Counted from the stretch's first letter, positions 12,191-24,490 are shown. The stretch: 64,000 bases of DNA from Octopus sinensis (GCF_006345805.1 NC_042998.1:174406001-174470000), one strand, 5' to 3'. Translations and numbers: made by a program. Notes: a model not told the origin generated them from the sequence alone.

Positions 12191-12344
12191 ACTAAACTAA
12201 ACGCTTGGCGTGCTAACGATTCTGCCAACTAAGAAGAAGAAAAAGAAGAAGAATAAAAAAGAAGAAGAAGAAGAAGAAGTGAAGAAAAAGAAGTAGAAGA
12301 AGAAGAAGAAGAAGAAGAAGAAGAAGAAGAAGAAGAAGAAGAAG

Positions 12345-12376
<32 letters not shown>

Positions 12377-12490
12377 GAAGAACAAGAAGAAGAACAAGAA
12401 CAAGAAGAACAAGAAGAACAAGAAGAAGAACAAGAAGAACAAGAACAAGAACAAGAACAAGAACAAGAACAAGAAGAGGAGGAGGAGGAA

Positions 12491-13045
12491 GCCCTGATGC
12501 TGTACCAGGCAGTGGCTCTCGTGGCTTCTGATCTTAACTGATTGGAAGTATTATCATGTACATTGTTTTGTCTTGGTATAAAAGATGGGCTACAGCAAAT
12601 ATTCTGCTCGATACCACAGATTTGCTTGTCAGTTGTTTGACCTTAACCAGTTGAGAATGTCCCTTAGTGGCTGACGATATGTGCATCTCTGATCAGGAGC
12701 AGAAGTAGTGGGGGGAGCATCATAGCCATGTGTTGAGAGGAATTCTTTGGGGTTTGAATAAGCCACCTCTGGTAACACGGGTGTCTCGTTCATCATCCTT
12801 AAACAACCCTTCTTCAGGGACCTTTTGAGCGGGATGGGTTACTCGACCAGAAGAAAATTCAAACTGGGCCCCACCTGCAAGGTCATGTACTATTTATCTT
12901 GATATGAGATCACTATGTCGCACACATATGGTTGTAATGCATGTACCTGGTGTACACTTATCAGACGGTTAGTCATGATGGGTATACTGGGCTTCGTATA
13001 TTTTACGCCAGTGTCACTTTGATGGCATGCACTGCTCTCTCACTC
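12491..13045 (+). mobile_element. ~555-bp non-coding element ending in (AAT)n (candidate non-autonomous retroposon)
   Basis: Full-length reverse-complement homologue at 20445-20984; partial copies at 3576, 16449 and 19719. Confidence 0.85.
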
Positions 13046-13093
<48 letters not shown>

Positions 13094-13095
13094 CA

Positions 13096-13291
13096 TTTCT
13101 ACTGGAAGCACAAGTCCTCAAATTTAGGGAAAGGGATTAAGTCGATTACATCGGCCCCAGTGCATAATAGGCCCCGAAAAGATGAAAGGCAAAGTTGACC
13201 TCGGCGGAATTTGAACTCAGAACCTAGCGACAGGCGAAATACCGCTAAACATTTCGTCCAGCGTGCTAACGATTCTGCCAGCTCTCCGTCT
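13096..13291 (-). mobile_element. SINE family M (type-1 tail) embedded in (AAT)n
   Basis: Homology to the other M copies; (AAT)n on both sides. Confidence 0.9.
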
Positions 13292-13292
13292 C

Positions 13293-13367
<75 letters not shown>

Positions 13368-13374
13368 AATAATG

Positions 13375-13439
<65 letters not shown>

Positions 13440-13459
13440 TAATAATAATAATAATAATA
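13293..13459. repeat. (AAT)n microsatellite
   Basis: Direct reading. Confidence 0.95.
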
Positions 13460-13460
13460 G

Positions 13461-16430
13461 TATGCCCCCGAAAAAACAAAGAAAACAAAACCTGGAAAGA
13501 AATCAAACCTGGAGAAGTAAAATTGAAAAAGAGATTGAATTTATGAGAGGGGAAATATCAATATTAAATTAACTAATATGTGGAAATGATGTAAGATCCA
13601 GAACAGGAAGAAAGATGAAGAGAAAATTTGGATCCTCACCAAGAGAAGAACTGATATCAATAAAAGAAACGCTGAAACAAAAAGTCCAAGCAAAAGCCCA
13701 AAGAATACGAAGATTTGAGATGAGAAACAAGTTTTACAAGCAAAATAAGCTGTTCACATCCAATGCCAAAAAATTCTACAGAGAAATAGGAAGGAGAAAG
13801 TAACCGTTAAAGACCCCCCTCCCATGGAAGAAGTTCAAAACTTTTGGAAAAGGATTTGGAGTGACAAGAAGACGTACAACATAAATGCAGACTGGATTAT
13901 ACAAACTGAAGGATCCTACCAAAATTTACAACAACAAGCATGGGAAGACATCACAATAGCAGACCTAAGAAAGGCACTCACGAAGGCCCATAATTGGAAA
14001 TCCCCCGGTAAAGATAGGGTGTCGAATTTCTGGCTCGCATCGCTCCCGTGCGCACACGGTAAGCTAGTTCAGCTGCTCAATGGAATTATGAAAGACCCAA
14101 AGAAAACACCTGAATGGTTAGCAAGTGGCATTACTTACCTACTCCCAAAGAATAACGAAACCAACCTTCCAAAAAACTATCGGCCTATAACCTGTCTATC
14201 CACCACGTATAAAATCCTAACATCTATCCTGGCGGAGAAAACATATGCATTCATGGAGAAGAACGATATTTTCCCCATTGAACAAAAAGGGTGCCGCCGA
14301 GGCTCTTACGGATGCAAAGATCAACTGCTAATCAATCGTATGATCCTTGAGAACTGTCACAACAAGCGCAGAAATCTCAGCACCGCATGGATTGACTACA
14401 AAAAGGCCTTCGACAGTATACCGCATCCATGGATCTTGAGATCGCTGGACATCTTCAAAATTTCCCCTGTGATTTCAAACTTCCTGAAGCACAATATGTC
14501 GTTGTGGAATACGAATCTCCAATTATACCACTCTAATGGAGTTATTGCCTCAGAAAATATAAACATCAACTGTGGAATTTTTCAAGGTGACTCACTTTCA
14601 CCTTTAATATTCTGCATAGCCCTAATACCCCTTACAAGTGAATTAAACAGAACAGGGTATGGGTATAAAATTGCCAATAAAAAAATAAGCCATCTATTTT
14701 ATATGGATGACTTAAAACTTTATAGTAAAGACAATAATGAACTTGAAGGCCTATTGCGCACCGTGAAAGCATTCAGCGATGACATCGGGATGGAGTTTGG
14801 ACTTGAGAAGTGTGCCAAGGCCACTTTCCAGAAAGGGAAAGTGAAGACCACAAATTCAGTCGTGTTAGATGTTGACACAGTCATAAGAGAGCTTGAGCAA
14901 GAACAAACATACAAATATTTAGGGATAAATGAAGGCTCTGGTATTCAGCATGCAAGCATGAAAGAGAAGATCAGGAAGGAATGTTATAGGAGAGTTCGTG
15001 CAGTCCTGAAATCTGAACTAAATGCACGTAACAAGGTGTTAGCTATAAATTCCTTAGCAGTTCCAGTTGTTACTTATAGCTACAATGTGTTGAACTGGAA
15101 TATGAGTGAAGTAAAGAATATAGATAGAAAAATACGCAAGCTGCTGAGTTGTAATAGGATGCACCACCCAAAGGCAGACGTAGATCGCCTTTACCTTCCC
15201 AGAGCCCAAGGAGGTCGAGGCCTGATCCAATTTGAACTAGCTTACAAAACAACCACAATTGGACTGGCCAAATATCTCGAAATATCGAATGACTGGATGC
15301 TAAAGCTCGTGGAAAATCACGAGAGACGAAAGAAGCTTCATTCTATCATCAAGGAAAGCAAAAAATTTGCTATTGATCTCGTGCAGGATACCCAAACTGA
15401 ACAACCCGAGGGAAGTATGGCAACTATTGTTGCAAAGAAGGTGAAAATGATGGCAATGAAAAAAGCGCACGAGCAATTGGCTGATAGGTGGGAGGAGAAA
15501 CCTCTGCACGGCAAATATGTGACCCGCAGCAAACAAGCTGATGTTGACCAGAAGCAAACCCATCAGTGGCTGCGGAGCTCAGGGCTAAAAGCAGAGAGCG
15601 AAGGTTTCATCCTGGCTGCTCAAGACCAAAGCCTATTAACCCGGAACTACCAGGCCAATGTGATGAAAAATGGAGCAGACCCAAAATGCCGATTCTGCAA
15701 CAACATGATTGAAACAGTGGACCACCTAATCTCTGGATGTAAAGTCTTAGCACCAGTGGAGTATAAATTAAGACATGACAGAGTTGGCCAATATCTCCAC
15801 TGGCTAATAAGTCGGCATTACAATATCAAAACTGCCGACAAGTGGTATAATCACCACCCTGAGGCTGTAACTGAAGGAGAAAATGTAACCATTCTGTGGG
15901 ACTTTCCAGTACATACAGACCGAACCATCAAGGCCAATAAACCAGATATTGTTGTGAAAGACCAAAACAATAAAGTTTGCTTATTGATCGACATGAGCAT
16001 CCCCTGTGATCATAATATATCAGCGAAAGAGTTTGACAAGCTCAGAAAATATAAAGACCTACTCATTGAAATTGAGAAAATTTGGCATCTCAAGGCGGTT
16101 ACAATACCAGTGATCGTAGGAGCACTAGGAATGTTCAAGAAGGGAACCGAAAATTATATGAGAATGATCCCTGGCTTACCATCCCTGCAAGAAGTGCAAA
16201 AGATTGTCTTAACTGGTACATCACACGTATTGAGAAGAGCATTGTCGATGTGAGAACTGTTGCTGCTCATGTATTTTAATTTAACTTTAAAAAAAAAAAA
16301 GGAAAAAAAAAATGAACGAACTACTGAGTTTGGTTTAATGGCCTACCAATATACACTATGAGTTTCTTTGCCCTAGGAGTCGGGAAGACACTCGGCAAGA
16401 AATGGAAGAAAATTTGAAAGAAGAAAAAAA
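13461..16430 (+). mobile_element. Young 5'-truncated R4/Dong-clade non-LTR retrotransposon
   Basis: Coding sequence runs from 13462 (TWRSKIEKEI..., TAA at 13570-13572, 1-bp frameshift near 13791) into the 809-aa ORF; 3' UTR 16254-16430; (AAT)n at both ends. Confidence 0.92.
13824..16253 (+). CDS. Reverse transcriptase + CCHC knuckle + restriction-like endonuclease (R4/Dong ORF)
   Basis: RT motifs NYRPITCL, WIDYKKAFDS, GIFQGDSLSP, FYMDDLKL; C-X2-C-X8-H-X4-C (CRFCNNMIETVDHLISGC); RHD; PD-(D/E)xK-type NKPDIVV...LIDMSIP...K. Confidence 0.93.
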   Translation: MEEVQNFWKRIWSDKKTYNINADWIIQTEGSYQNLQQQAWEDITIADLRKALTKAHNWKSPGKDRVSNFWLASLPCAHGKLVQLLNGIMKDPKKTPEWLASGITYLLPKNNETNLPKNYRPITCLSTTYKILTSILAEKTYAFMEKNDIFPIEQKGCRRGSYGCKDQLLINRMILENCHNKRRNLSTAWIDYKKAFDSIPHPWILRSLDIFKISPVISNFLKHNMSLWNTNLQLYHSNGVIASENININCGIFQGDSLSPLIFCIALIPLTSELNRTGYGYKIANKKISHLFYMDDLKLYSKDNNELEGLLRTVKAFSDDIGMEFGLEKCAKATFQKGKVKTTNSVVLDVDTVIRELEQEQTYKYLGINEGSGIQHASMKEKIRKECYRRVRAVLKSELNARNKVLAINSLAVPVVTYSYNVLNWNMSEVKNIDRKIRKLLSCNRMHHPKADVDRLYLPRAQGGRGLIQFELAYKTTTIGLAKYLEISNDWMLKLVENHERRKKLHSIIKESKKFAIDLVQDTQTEQPEGSMATIVAKKVKMMAMKKAHEQLADRWEEKPLHGKYVTRSKQADVDQKQTHQWLRSSGLKAESEGFILAAQDQSLLTRNYQANVMKNGADPKCRFCNNMIETVDHLISGCKVLAPVEYKLRHDRVGQYLHWLISRHYNIKTADKWYNHHPEAVTEGENVTILWDFPVHTDRTIKANKPDIVVKDQNNKVCLLIDMSIPCDHNISAKEFDKLRKYKDLLIEIEKIWHLKAVTIPVIVGALGMFKKGTENYMRMIPGLPSLQEVQKIVLTGTSHVLRRALSM

Positions 16431-16448
16431 ATAATAATAATAATAATA

Positions 16449-16470
16449 GGCATGAACTGCTCTCTCACTC
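16449..16470 (+). mobile_element. 22-bp terminal fragment of the ~550-bp element
   Basis: ggcatgaactgctctctcactc matches 13023-13045 and is flanked by (AAT)n on both sides. Confidence 0.7.
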
Positions 16471-17079
16471 AATAATAATAATAATTGTCTTCTGACAAAA
16501 ATCAATTGTTTCGTATTTTAGTGGAATGTTTTAGAATCTGCGTCTTTCCTGAAACTATTAACTATACACTGTGCAAATTAGTTTTAGACAGAAATCGAAT
16601 ACCGTAATAGAATTAATTTCATATTCTACTATCTTAGATACTTCGTCCAATCTCAACATCTACAAATATTATGGTCCAATCAACTCCAGAAGTAAATAAA
16701 GTGTACGTTACATTCATGTATTTAATTAGTAAACATTCTTTCAATTCCTATTTATAACAATTTGTTTCTTTCATCTGAAGTAATAAAGATGTATTGGTTA
16801 CATTACTACATTATTGTTATATTCTATTCAAAGTATTGACAAATATTATTATACTAAATTATTGAAACCGCTAATTACTGTGAGGAAAGACACTTTGCAG
16901 ACTCTCCCAGACAGGTGACATCGATGATGTTCATAGTTCTGAGTGGGAATCGGTTGGAAAATGTTTAGAAAGAATAGGAGGAACAAAACCAGAAGATATG
17001 AGTATATCGACAAGATCTTGCAGTTCAAAGACACAGATGCTTTTGAAGTAGTGTAGAAAACTTACAAATAGTGTTCGTA

Positions 17080-17335
17080 CAGGTGCAGGCATGGTCGTGT
17101 AGTTAAGAAGCTTGCTTTGCAACTACATGGTTTCAAACTCAATCCCAGTGCACAGCACATTGAGCAAGAGTCTTCTACAGTAACCTCGAATCAACCAACG
17201 CAAGCGAATTTAAAACATGAAATTGTATAGAATCCCGTAGTATAGGGTCGATTTGTGTGACTAAAACCCTTCAAGATGGATCCCCAGTATGAGAGCAGTC
17301 TAATAACTGAAACAATTATAAGATAAATGATGAAG
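17080..17335 (+). mobile_element. Degenerate tRNA-derived SINE, family O
   Basis: Diverged homology to 25915-26320 (head, gagcaagagtcttctac, ctgaaac tail). Confidence 0.65.
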
Positions 17336-17829
17336 ATAGTGTATCTGTGAGTCAATGATTAAAACTAATTAATGAGTGAATCTCTAATTAACTGCATTTG
17401 TTCATGTGTTCGATAATGTTCGTATGTGCGTATCGGTGTAGCAGCATTTCCCTGATATGTGAGTAGCACTTTAATAAGGGTCTTACTTTAACTTTGTATA
17501 GGAACAGTATTTTCTGCTCCTGAACAGGAAACCTAACTTTTGAGATACATTTTAGAAAGCCATATAGACGTCATAAGAGAACATCCTAGATTGTGGGTTA
17601 AGTAACTCAAGCGGTTTGCATTGCAAGTTGTTTATGTGTAGAAATAGCATGGTGAAAGACAGTTTCTGAAATAAGAAGAGTAAGTGTGCGTAATACCATT
17701 GAAAGAATGTAGGTTGTTATGGGATCATTGAATAATGTTTTGAGATATCCATTCAAGGAAGTAGTACTAGTTGGGAATGAGTTTTATAAATTGAAGAGAA
17801 ATGTGGGGCGTTTTCTTTCGCATAGTAGA

Positions 17830-18291
17830 ATGGGAGTGATTAGAAGGGACTCACGGTTACGATAGGATTTTGTTCCACCAGGGTTTGCAGGACGTCCTCG
17901 TCGAGTTCTACAGATCTTCCAAGACGAGGCACGTCTTCTAGGTTGTAGTTTCTGGCTCGGAATTTCTGGAACCACGTTCACACTGGCTTACGCTTATTGT
18001 CCGATTCCCAAATACTGCATTAATATTCCTCGCACTTTCTATTGCGTTGTTGCCTTTATTGAGCTCATAAAGCAAAATATGCCGAATATGCTCTTTACCA
18101 CTTCCATTATAGCTTTTAAAAAATAACTGTTAAAATCGAACTACATTCTTCAAAACTTGCACTAAGAATAAGGACAAAGTAAAATTACTACCTGCTTTTA
18201 TAGCAAGTTGATGCAGGGAGTTTATCCCGTCTCCCTCCAACTTTTAGTTCATGCAATTGAAAAAACTGCATTATTTATGGGATGAGCAATA
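17830..18291 (-). mobile_element. mariner transposon 5' fragment
   Basis: From ATG at 18107 the minus strand reads MEVVKEHIRHILLYELNKGNNAIESARNINAVFGNRTISVSQCE, then after a frameshift WFQKFRARNYNLEDVPRLGRSVELDEDVLQTLVEQNP (mariner paired HTH). TIR-like tattgctcatcccataaataatgcag ends at TA 18290-18291. Confidence 0.88.
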
Positions 18292-18956
18292 GTTTATCAA
18301 ATTGTTTGATATTTACTTCCAAAACGATCACAATAACATAAAAGTTTATGCGAACCTGAGACTGTTTTATAGTCTTCATTTAAAATTGTATACAGGTCGA
18401 ATATTGCTAAAGTTTATTTTTAGTCTGAACTTAAACGCAAGGGGACAGAGACAAACAATAGTGTGTGTTTGTTCTGCAATCGTCAGTTGAAGGCTGTCTG
18501 CAAATAGAATTGCAGTAAGCTACTACAATCGGATGACTAAATAAAATTCAGAAAATAGCTGAATGGACATTCAGAAAATAGCTGAATGGATATTCAGAAA
18601 AACGACAGCAGAGAATAAGATAAAATTAAACACGTTGTCACTCATGCCTATGTTTTGCCTTAGAGGACCTCTACTCCGAAGATTTTTATATATTCTATTG
18701 ACTTATCACTGACAGTCATTTCAGTATCACAGATTCAATAGAGACAGAAAGGTCACGTAGCTTACGTAAAAGAAATTCAGCAGCAAAATTGAGCACTTAA
18801 AAGTTCATTCAGATCGTGAACAAAGAAATCCACATTATTTTCCTCCAATTTCATCTCCATTACTTTCTTACTATGTTCTTTTAACTATCCTAGAAAAAAT
18901 CATTTACTCAAAAGGATCGTTGACAATCGTCAGCTGAAAACAACGTGTTTCAAAAA

Positions 18957-19008
<52 letters not shown>

Positions 19009-19718
19009 CCCTTTCCCTTCATTTCTCTCTCTTTCTCTCCCTTCATCTCTCTCTCTCTCTTTCTCTTTCTTATTCTGTTTATCAAATACCAGTATCTATC
19101 GATCATTTTAAAAGTGTACTTGTGAACTATCAAGTTCCTCTAGTTATCCTTTTCATTAATTGATCATAATTACATTTTATATTAAGACACTTCTGTCGGA
19201 TAACTTCTGCCGCTATCAATTATATATATATATATGTAAATAATGTATCAAATTTGATATTGTAGATTAGAATTCACTGAAGTAATGGCTAGTGTGGTTT
19301 GAAATCTTAGTTAATAAAGCTTTCCTTAATTATTCAGAGTTTCTGTTGCTTAAAGTGGTGAGTTATAGCAACCTATGGATCCTATCTACAACCTGTTTGA
19401 CATAATCAAGAAGAGTTATATGACCAGAAACAGCTAACAGCCGGTAACAAGGTGCATCTTTACTATCGCCAGTAGTCTAACACTATGATCGTGTCCAGAG
19501 TGTCAGACAACGTTAGTAACTAACTAGCAATCATTTCTTAAACGAACAATAGACATCCTACTACTACTACTACCAGATAATGAAATCTGAATTCATATTA
19601 ATCTCTCTTCTAACGGTATTAGTGATAAACGACAATAATATGTATACACATACATACATATATATACATACATACATACATGCACGCGTGTGTGTGTGTG
19701 TGTGTGCGTGTGTGTCAT

Positions 19719-19907
19719 GTGAGAGTTGCACACGCCTACAAAGTTATGAAAGGGTACAAGTATAGGAAACCCAATACACACATCATTACTACCCGTCTGA
19801 TAATGATATACCAGGCACATGCATCACAACCATATGCGTGCAGCATAGTGGCCTCATATCAAGTTAAACAGGGTATGACCTTTGAGGTGGGGCCTAGTTA
19901 GAATTTT
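19719..19907 (-). mobile_element. Diverged partial copy of the ~550-bp element
   Basis: actacccgtctgataa...catcacaaccatatg...ggggcctagttagaatttt matches the element's terminal 190 bp. Confidence 0.75.
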
Positions 19908-19914
19908 TTGATTA

Positions 19915-20372
19915 CTCTGGTTAATTCTATGAGAGCGGACAGCAGCCCGTTGTCAGAGGCCTCACGGTGTCTCTTGCCGCACATTATGAGCTTTGATAAT
20001 TGGTTGTCAATTATCGTATATGACATTCAACACCCAAGCACCAATCTCAAAATACTAGCTGTCCACAGTAGAGCAGTTTTGGGAGCTAGCTCTGCTCTCA
20101 TGTCAGTTCCAATTTCTCTGGCATATTTCTTGAACTTGGTTGTCAGTGTTCCAAGTGCCCTACACTTACTAGGATGATAGACATTCTCCTTGCGATTTCG
20201 TCTTTTAGTAGTCTGTACTTCTCCAACTTTCTAGTTCTTTGTCACTTATACGTACATCTACATGTATAATCTTGGTTTCCTTTTTTCCTGTATCTACCAC
20301 AACAATGTCTGATCTCCGAGCATCAACTAGGGAGTCACACTGGATTGTAAAATTCCAAAGTATCTTATATTC
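19915..20372 (-). pseudogene. R4/Dong LINE 3' fragment (endonuclease region)
   Basis: Minus strand KILWNFTIQCD...RSDIVVVD...ALGT, followed by a 3' UTR. Confidence 0.8.
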
Positions 20373-20388
20373 ATTGTTTTTTTTTTTA

Positions 20389-20444
<56 letters not shown>

Positions 20445-20984
20445 GAGGGAGAGATCAGTAACACTAGGGTAAAATATACGAAACCCAGTATACCTATCAT
20501 AACTACCCGTCTGATAAGGTTACACCAGGGACATGTATTACAACCATATGTGCGTGACATGGTGATCTCATATCAAGATAAACAGCACATGACCTTGCAG
20601 GTGAGGGCCCAGTTTGAATTTTCTTCAGCTCGAGTAGCCCGTCCCGCTCAAAAGGTCTCTGAATAAGGGTTGTTTAAGAATGTTGAATGAAACAGCCATG
20701 GTTCCAAAAGTGAATTATCGAAACCCCAAAGAATTCCTCTCAACACGTGACTATGATGCTCACCCACTACTTCTGCTCGTGATCAGAGATGCACATATTG
20801 TCAACCACTAAGAGACATGGTCAACTGATTAAGGTCAAACAACTGACAAGCAAATCTGTGGTATTGAGCAGAATATTTGCTGTAGCCCATCTTTTATACC
20901 AAGACAAAACAATGTACATGATAACACTTCCAGTCAGTTAAGATCAGAAGCAACGAGAACCACTACCTGGTACTGCATCAGGGC
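20445..20984 (-). mobile_element. ~540-bp copy of the (AAT)n-associated non-coding element
   Basis: Reverse complement of 12491-13045; (ATT)n at both ends. Confidence 0.85.
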
Positions 20985-21015
<31 letters not shown>

Positions 21016-21028
21016 TATTATTATTATT

Positions 21029-21082
<54 letters not shown>

Positions 21083-21126
21083 GTCGTCGTCGTCGTCGTC
21101 GTTATCATCATCGTCATCATCATCAG

Positions 21127-21162
<36 letters not shown>

Positions 21163-21175
21163 TATTATTATTATT
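20985..21175. repeat. (ATT)n-(ATC)n-(GTC)n compound microsatellite
   Basis: Direct reading. Confidence 0.95.
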
Positions 21176-23557
21176 CAGTAGTGCCTCCACTGCACTACTG
21201 AGCGCAGTTCTCTGTGTCTCAAGTATGTACTGTGATTTGTTTTAGTGTTGTTGTTACTGTATTGAAAGGATTTTACGGAGACAGTGCGGTGCCTAGAAGT
21301 ACCATTTTCTGTATTTTATATATATTCGTTTGTCTTGATATTTTTGGTATATATTTGTCCGTATGTTTGTTTTAACCATGCATAATGCACCTATTATTAT
21401 AGGGATTATTTCTTTCTTTATGCCACATATTCGTTATTTCTATTTCCAGATCTTTGTATTTCCAGTACCCTGTTTCTTTTAGAGGTACACTGTCATCTTT
21501 TAGAACTTATATATCGATTAGAAGGCTTTTTTTTTCTAGCTTATGAGCCTTGATTTCTATCCGTGTATATTGTTTCTGGGATATGCCATACTCTGGCATA
21601 TTCCAGAGTATGGTTTCTTTGTCATTTTCTGAGACCTTTTCTGAGGTTTGCCTATACCATTTTTCCTGTTGTCACTCTGTAGTGCTGGTACAGCTTCTGT
21701 TGTATATAAGTCCAAATCTGTCACGTCTATGGATGTATTTCTTCTTGGTCAGGACTGAGCAAAGACAACGTAATTTATTGGTGGGGTGGGGGCTTCTCCG
21801 GCACCACATATTTTGCAGTTATTTGTGGTTCCAGTTTTAGTTTAGATTTTGATTGATGTTTCTTCTTTTGGTGTTTCTTCTTTTCCTTCATAGTTGCCAA
21901 GTATTATGACCTCTTTCTTGCATTTTTCGGCTTCCTTGAAAAGACAGAAAACGTTTTTTTTTGTTTGTTTTACCTAAGCTTTGTAGCTATTTTTATCAGT
22001 TTTCCTTGGTTATCACTTAGATATCTCTGTAGTCATACGGTGGATATTCGATAGTAGTTGTCTAGTTACATAAAACCTCTACCACCTTCAATTCGTTGTA
22101 TGTATAACCTTTCTATATCAGATTTTAGGTGGTATATTCTAAATTCCATCATTGTTTTTCTTGTTTCCTGTTTAATTTGAATAATTAATCTAGTGTTCAG
22201 TTAAGAATATTGTAACTGTAACTTATAACTGAAACAGCTGGAGTAATGAAGCCGACTATCTTATTATTCGCTTTGAGCTCTGTTTTAAGTATTAATCTAA
22301 TTCGTCTATAATATTCCTTCCTTATCTTTCCTTTCATTTGCATGTGTTGTACTGTATCCAGTTCATTGATTTCTAAGTATTTATACGTCTGGCTTTGGTT
22401 TAGTTCTCTTATTTCATTTTCTTTATCGTGTGTTATTATTATTGTTATTCTTAATCAGTTTTCCTCTTTTCAAGGTTACTTCATTCGACACGTACATTTT
22501 TCTAAGCCGAATTTCGTATTTATTTCTTTGACAATTTTATGCACTGCCTGTGGGAGTGTTTCCAGTTGCTTATCATTTGCAGCATACAGCTTGAGATTAT
22601 CTATATACAAAAGATTGTTGATCTTTTTCCACATCCTTTTCTTTTCAGCACGTTGGTTAAAGGCGTTAGTGCCAAAAAGATGAGGAGAAAGAACAAGTCT
22701 CCTTAGAATATCCTCCTTCTAATTGAGATGGCTTTAGTTTTATAAGTCTTTCTTTTGCCTATAACTGCAGAATTGTTTGCCACTTATTCATGGCATGTTT
22801 TATAAATTTTATCACTGTTAGTCCTGCCTTGCTCATAACTGGTGTTTTAAGGATCCATGTATGGGGAATGCTATCTAAAGTCTTCCGACAAATGATCTAA
22901 ACCATGCTTTTTTTTTCCTTTCGGTAGTTTTCAGTTATGTCGTTCTTGATCAATGAATGATCCTTACAGCGATTTAAGCTTTTACCGCATCCCTTCTGCT
23001 CTTCTAGAAACAGGCTGTTTTCTTCTAGATGTCTACCCATTCTCTACGATATTATTGCGATTAAGTCTTTGTAGGTAATAAGGAGACATATCACAGTTCT
23101 GTTAGTTTCGTAGGTTTGTAACTTCGGCAGGTTTGGAAAGTAGTATGCTTTCCCTCTTGTGAGCCATTCAGGTGTTGTCTCCAGCTCCATCAGCATCTTT
23201 TTGAACTTATCTGCCATCGTATTGTGTGTTCCTGTTAAATATCTTAGCCAGAAGTTGGATATTGTGTCATGGTACCTTCCAGTTATTTGATTTCTGCACT
23301 ATCTGGGTTACCTCTTCCGTCATTATACGTGCCCAGAGTTGTTCACGCACGGTTTTTGTTGTTTTAATTAATCTTTTCTGGGGTAATTTATTCGCTGCCA
23401 ATACATCTTTCTAAAATTCTTCCACTTCTCCTGCTACTGGTACTGCATTGATTTCTATTTAATTTTTACCGAGTTCTTGCTGGAATCGTTTTGGATTGGA
23501 GTTAAACTGTTTTGTTCAAAGAATCTCGGACGCTTTTCATACCTACGGATTTGTTTG

Positions 23558-23604
<47 letters not shown>

Positions 23605-23880
23605 AGCAATGATATCTTGCTTTATATATGTTCTTTTGTTTTAGGTACATCATGTTTGTTATTTTATATTTCTGTAGTATTTTTCTTTCTTTCTTGTTTA
23701 GTATTGTTGTTTGGTTTCTAATTCCATTAAGGATTGACAGGTTCTTTCTTTTATTTTCTATCTTTTCTGAATATTCTGAATTAATGTCGCATTTTAAACT
23801 TGAGAAAAATCTTGCATATTTGTTCTTACCTTCTTCATTTGTGTATGTAAATCTGTAAATTTCAAAGAAGAAAACGAAAA
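21176..23880 (-). mobile_element. Old, heavily mutated R4/Dong LINE
   Basis: Minus strand fragments: KQFNSNPKRF...PVAGEVEEF (5' region), DSIPHTWI, EMKGKIRK..YRR, MVLLGTA..RKILSIQ*; the 3' UTR ends in (AAT)n. Interrupted by (TG)n at ~23562-23600. Confidence 0.82.
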
Positions 23881-23922
23881 AGCTGTATTAGATGTAATAG
23901 TCATGTGGGGTTTTTTAACCAC

Positions 23923-24250
23923 CAAAGAGCCGAAATATTGCAACATGCATCAAAGAGCCGAAATATTGCAGCATGCATTAAAGAGCCGAAATATTACAAC
24001 AAGCATCAAAAAGCCGAAATATTCTTTTCTAATCTAGGCACAAGGCCCGAAATTTTGATGGAGTGATCCAGTCGATTAGATCGACCCCAATACGCAACTG
24101 GTACTTAATTTATCGACCCTGAAAGGATGAAAGGCAAAGTCGACCTCGACGAAATTTGAACTCAGAACGAAATATTGATAAGCATTTCACCCAACGTGCT
24201 AACGTTTTTGCCAGTTCGCCGCCTCAAAAAGCCGAAATATTGCAACATGC
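23923..24250 (+). repeat. 28-bp minisatellite interrupted by a family M SINE (24024-24224, minus) with 17-bp TSD
   Basis: Unit caaagagccgaaatattgcaacatgcat repeats; caaaaagccgaaatatt at 24007-24023 and 24225-24241 flanks the SINE. Confidence 0.9.
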
Positions 24251-24490
24251 GTGAAGAAAAGGAAGAAATGTAGATTAACACTTACTATTGATTAAAGGAA
24301 ATGCGAAAGAAAGAAATATAAATGACATTGGTTTCTATTAATTTTAAAGTTAAATTAAACAAGATCTGTGTGACTATACAAGAACACGCTCACACACACA
24401 CGCACACACACACACACACCCATTAGCTGCCACATTAGAAATACGGTACATGTATAAAATATTACAAGCGTTGCCTCAAAAAGTACGAAA

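Noticed and set aside
16900-17050. Protein-like frame TGDIDDVHSSEWESVGKCLER; likewise 47260-47309, 48002-48382 and 57528-57644
   Set aside because: Splice signals are weak or phases inconsistent, and no homology was recognised.
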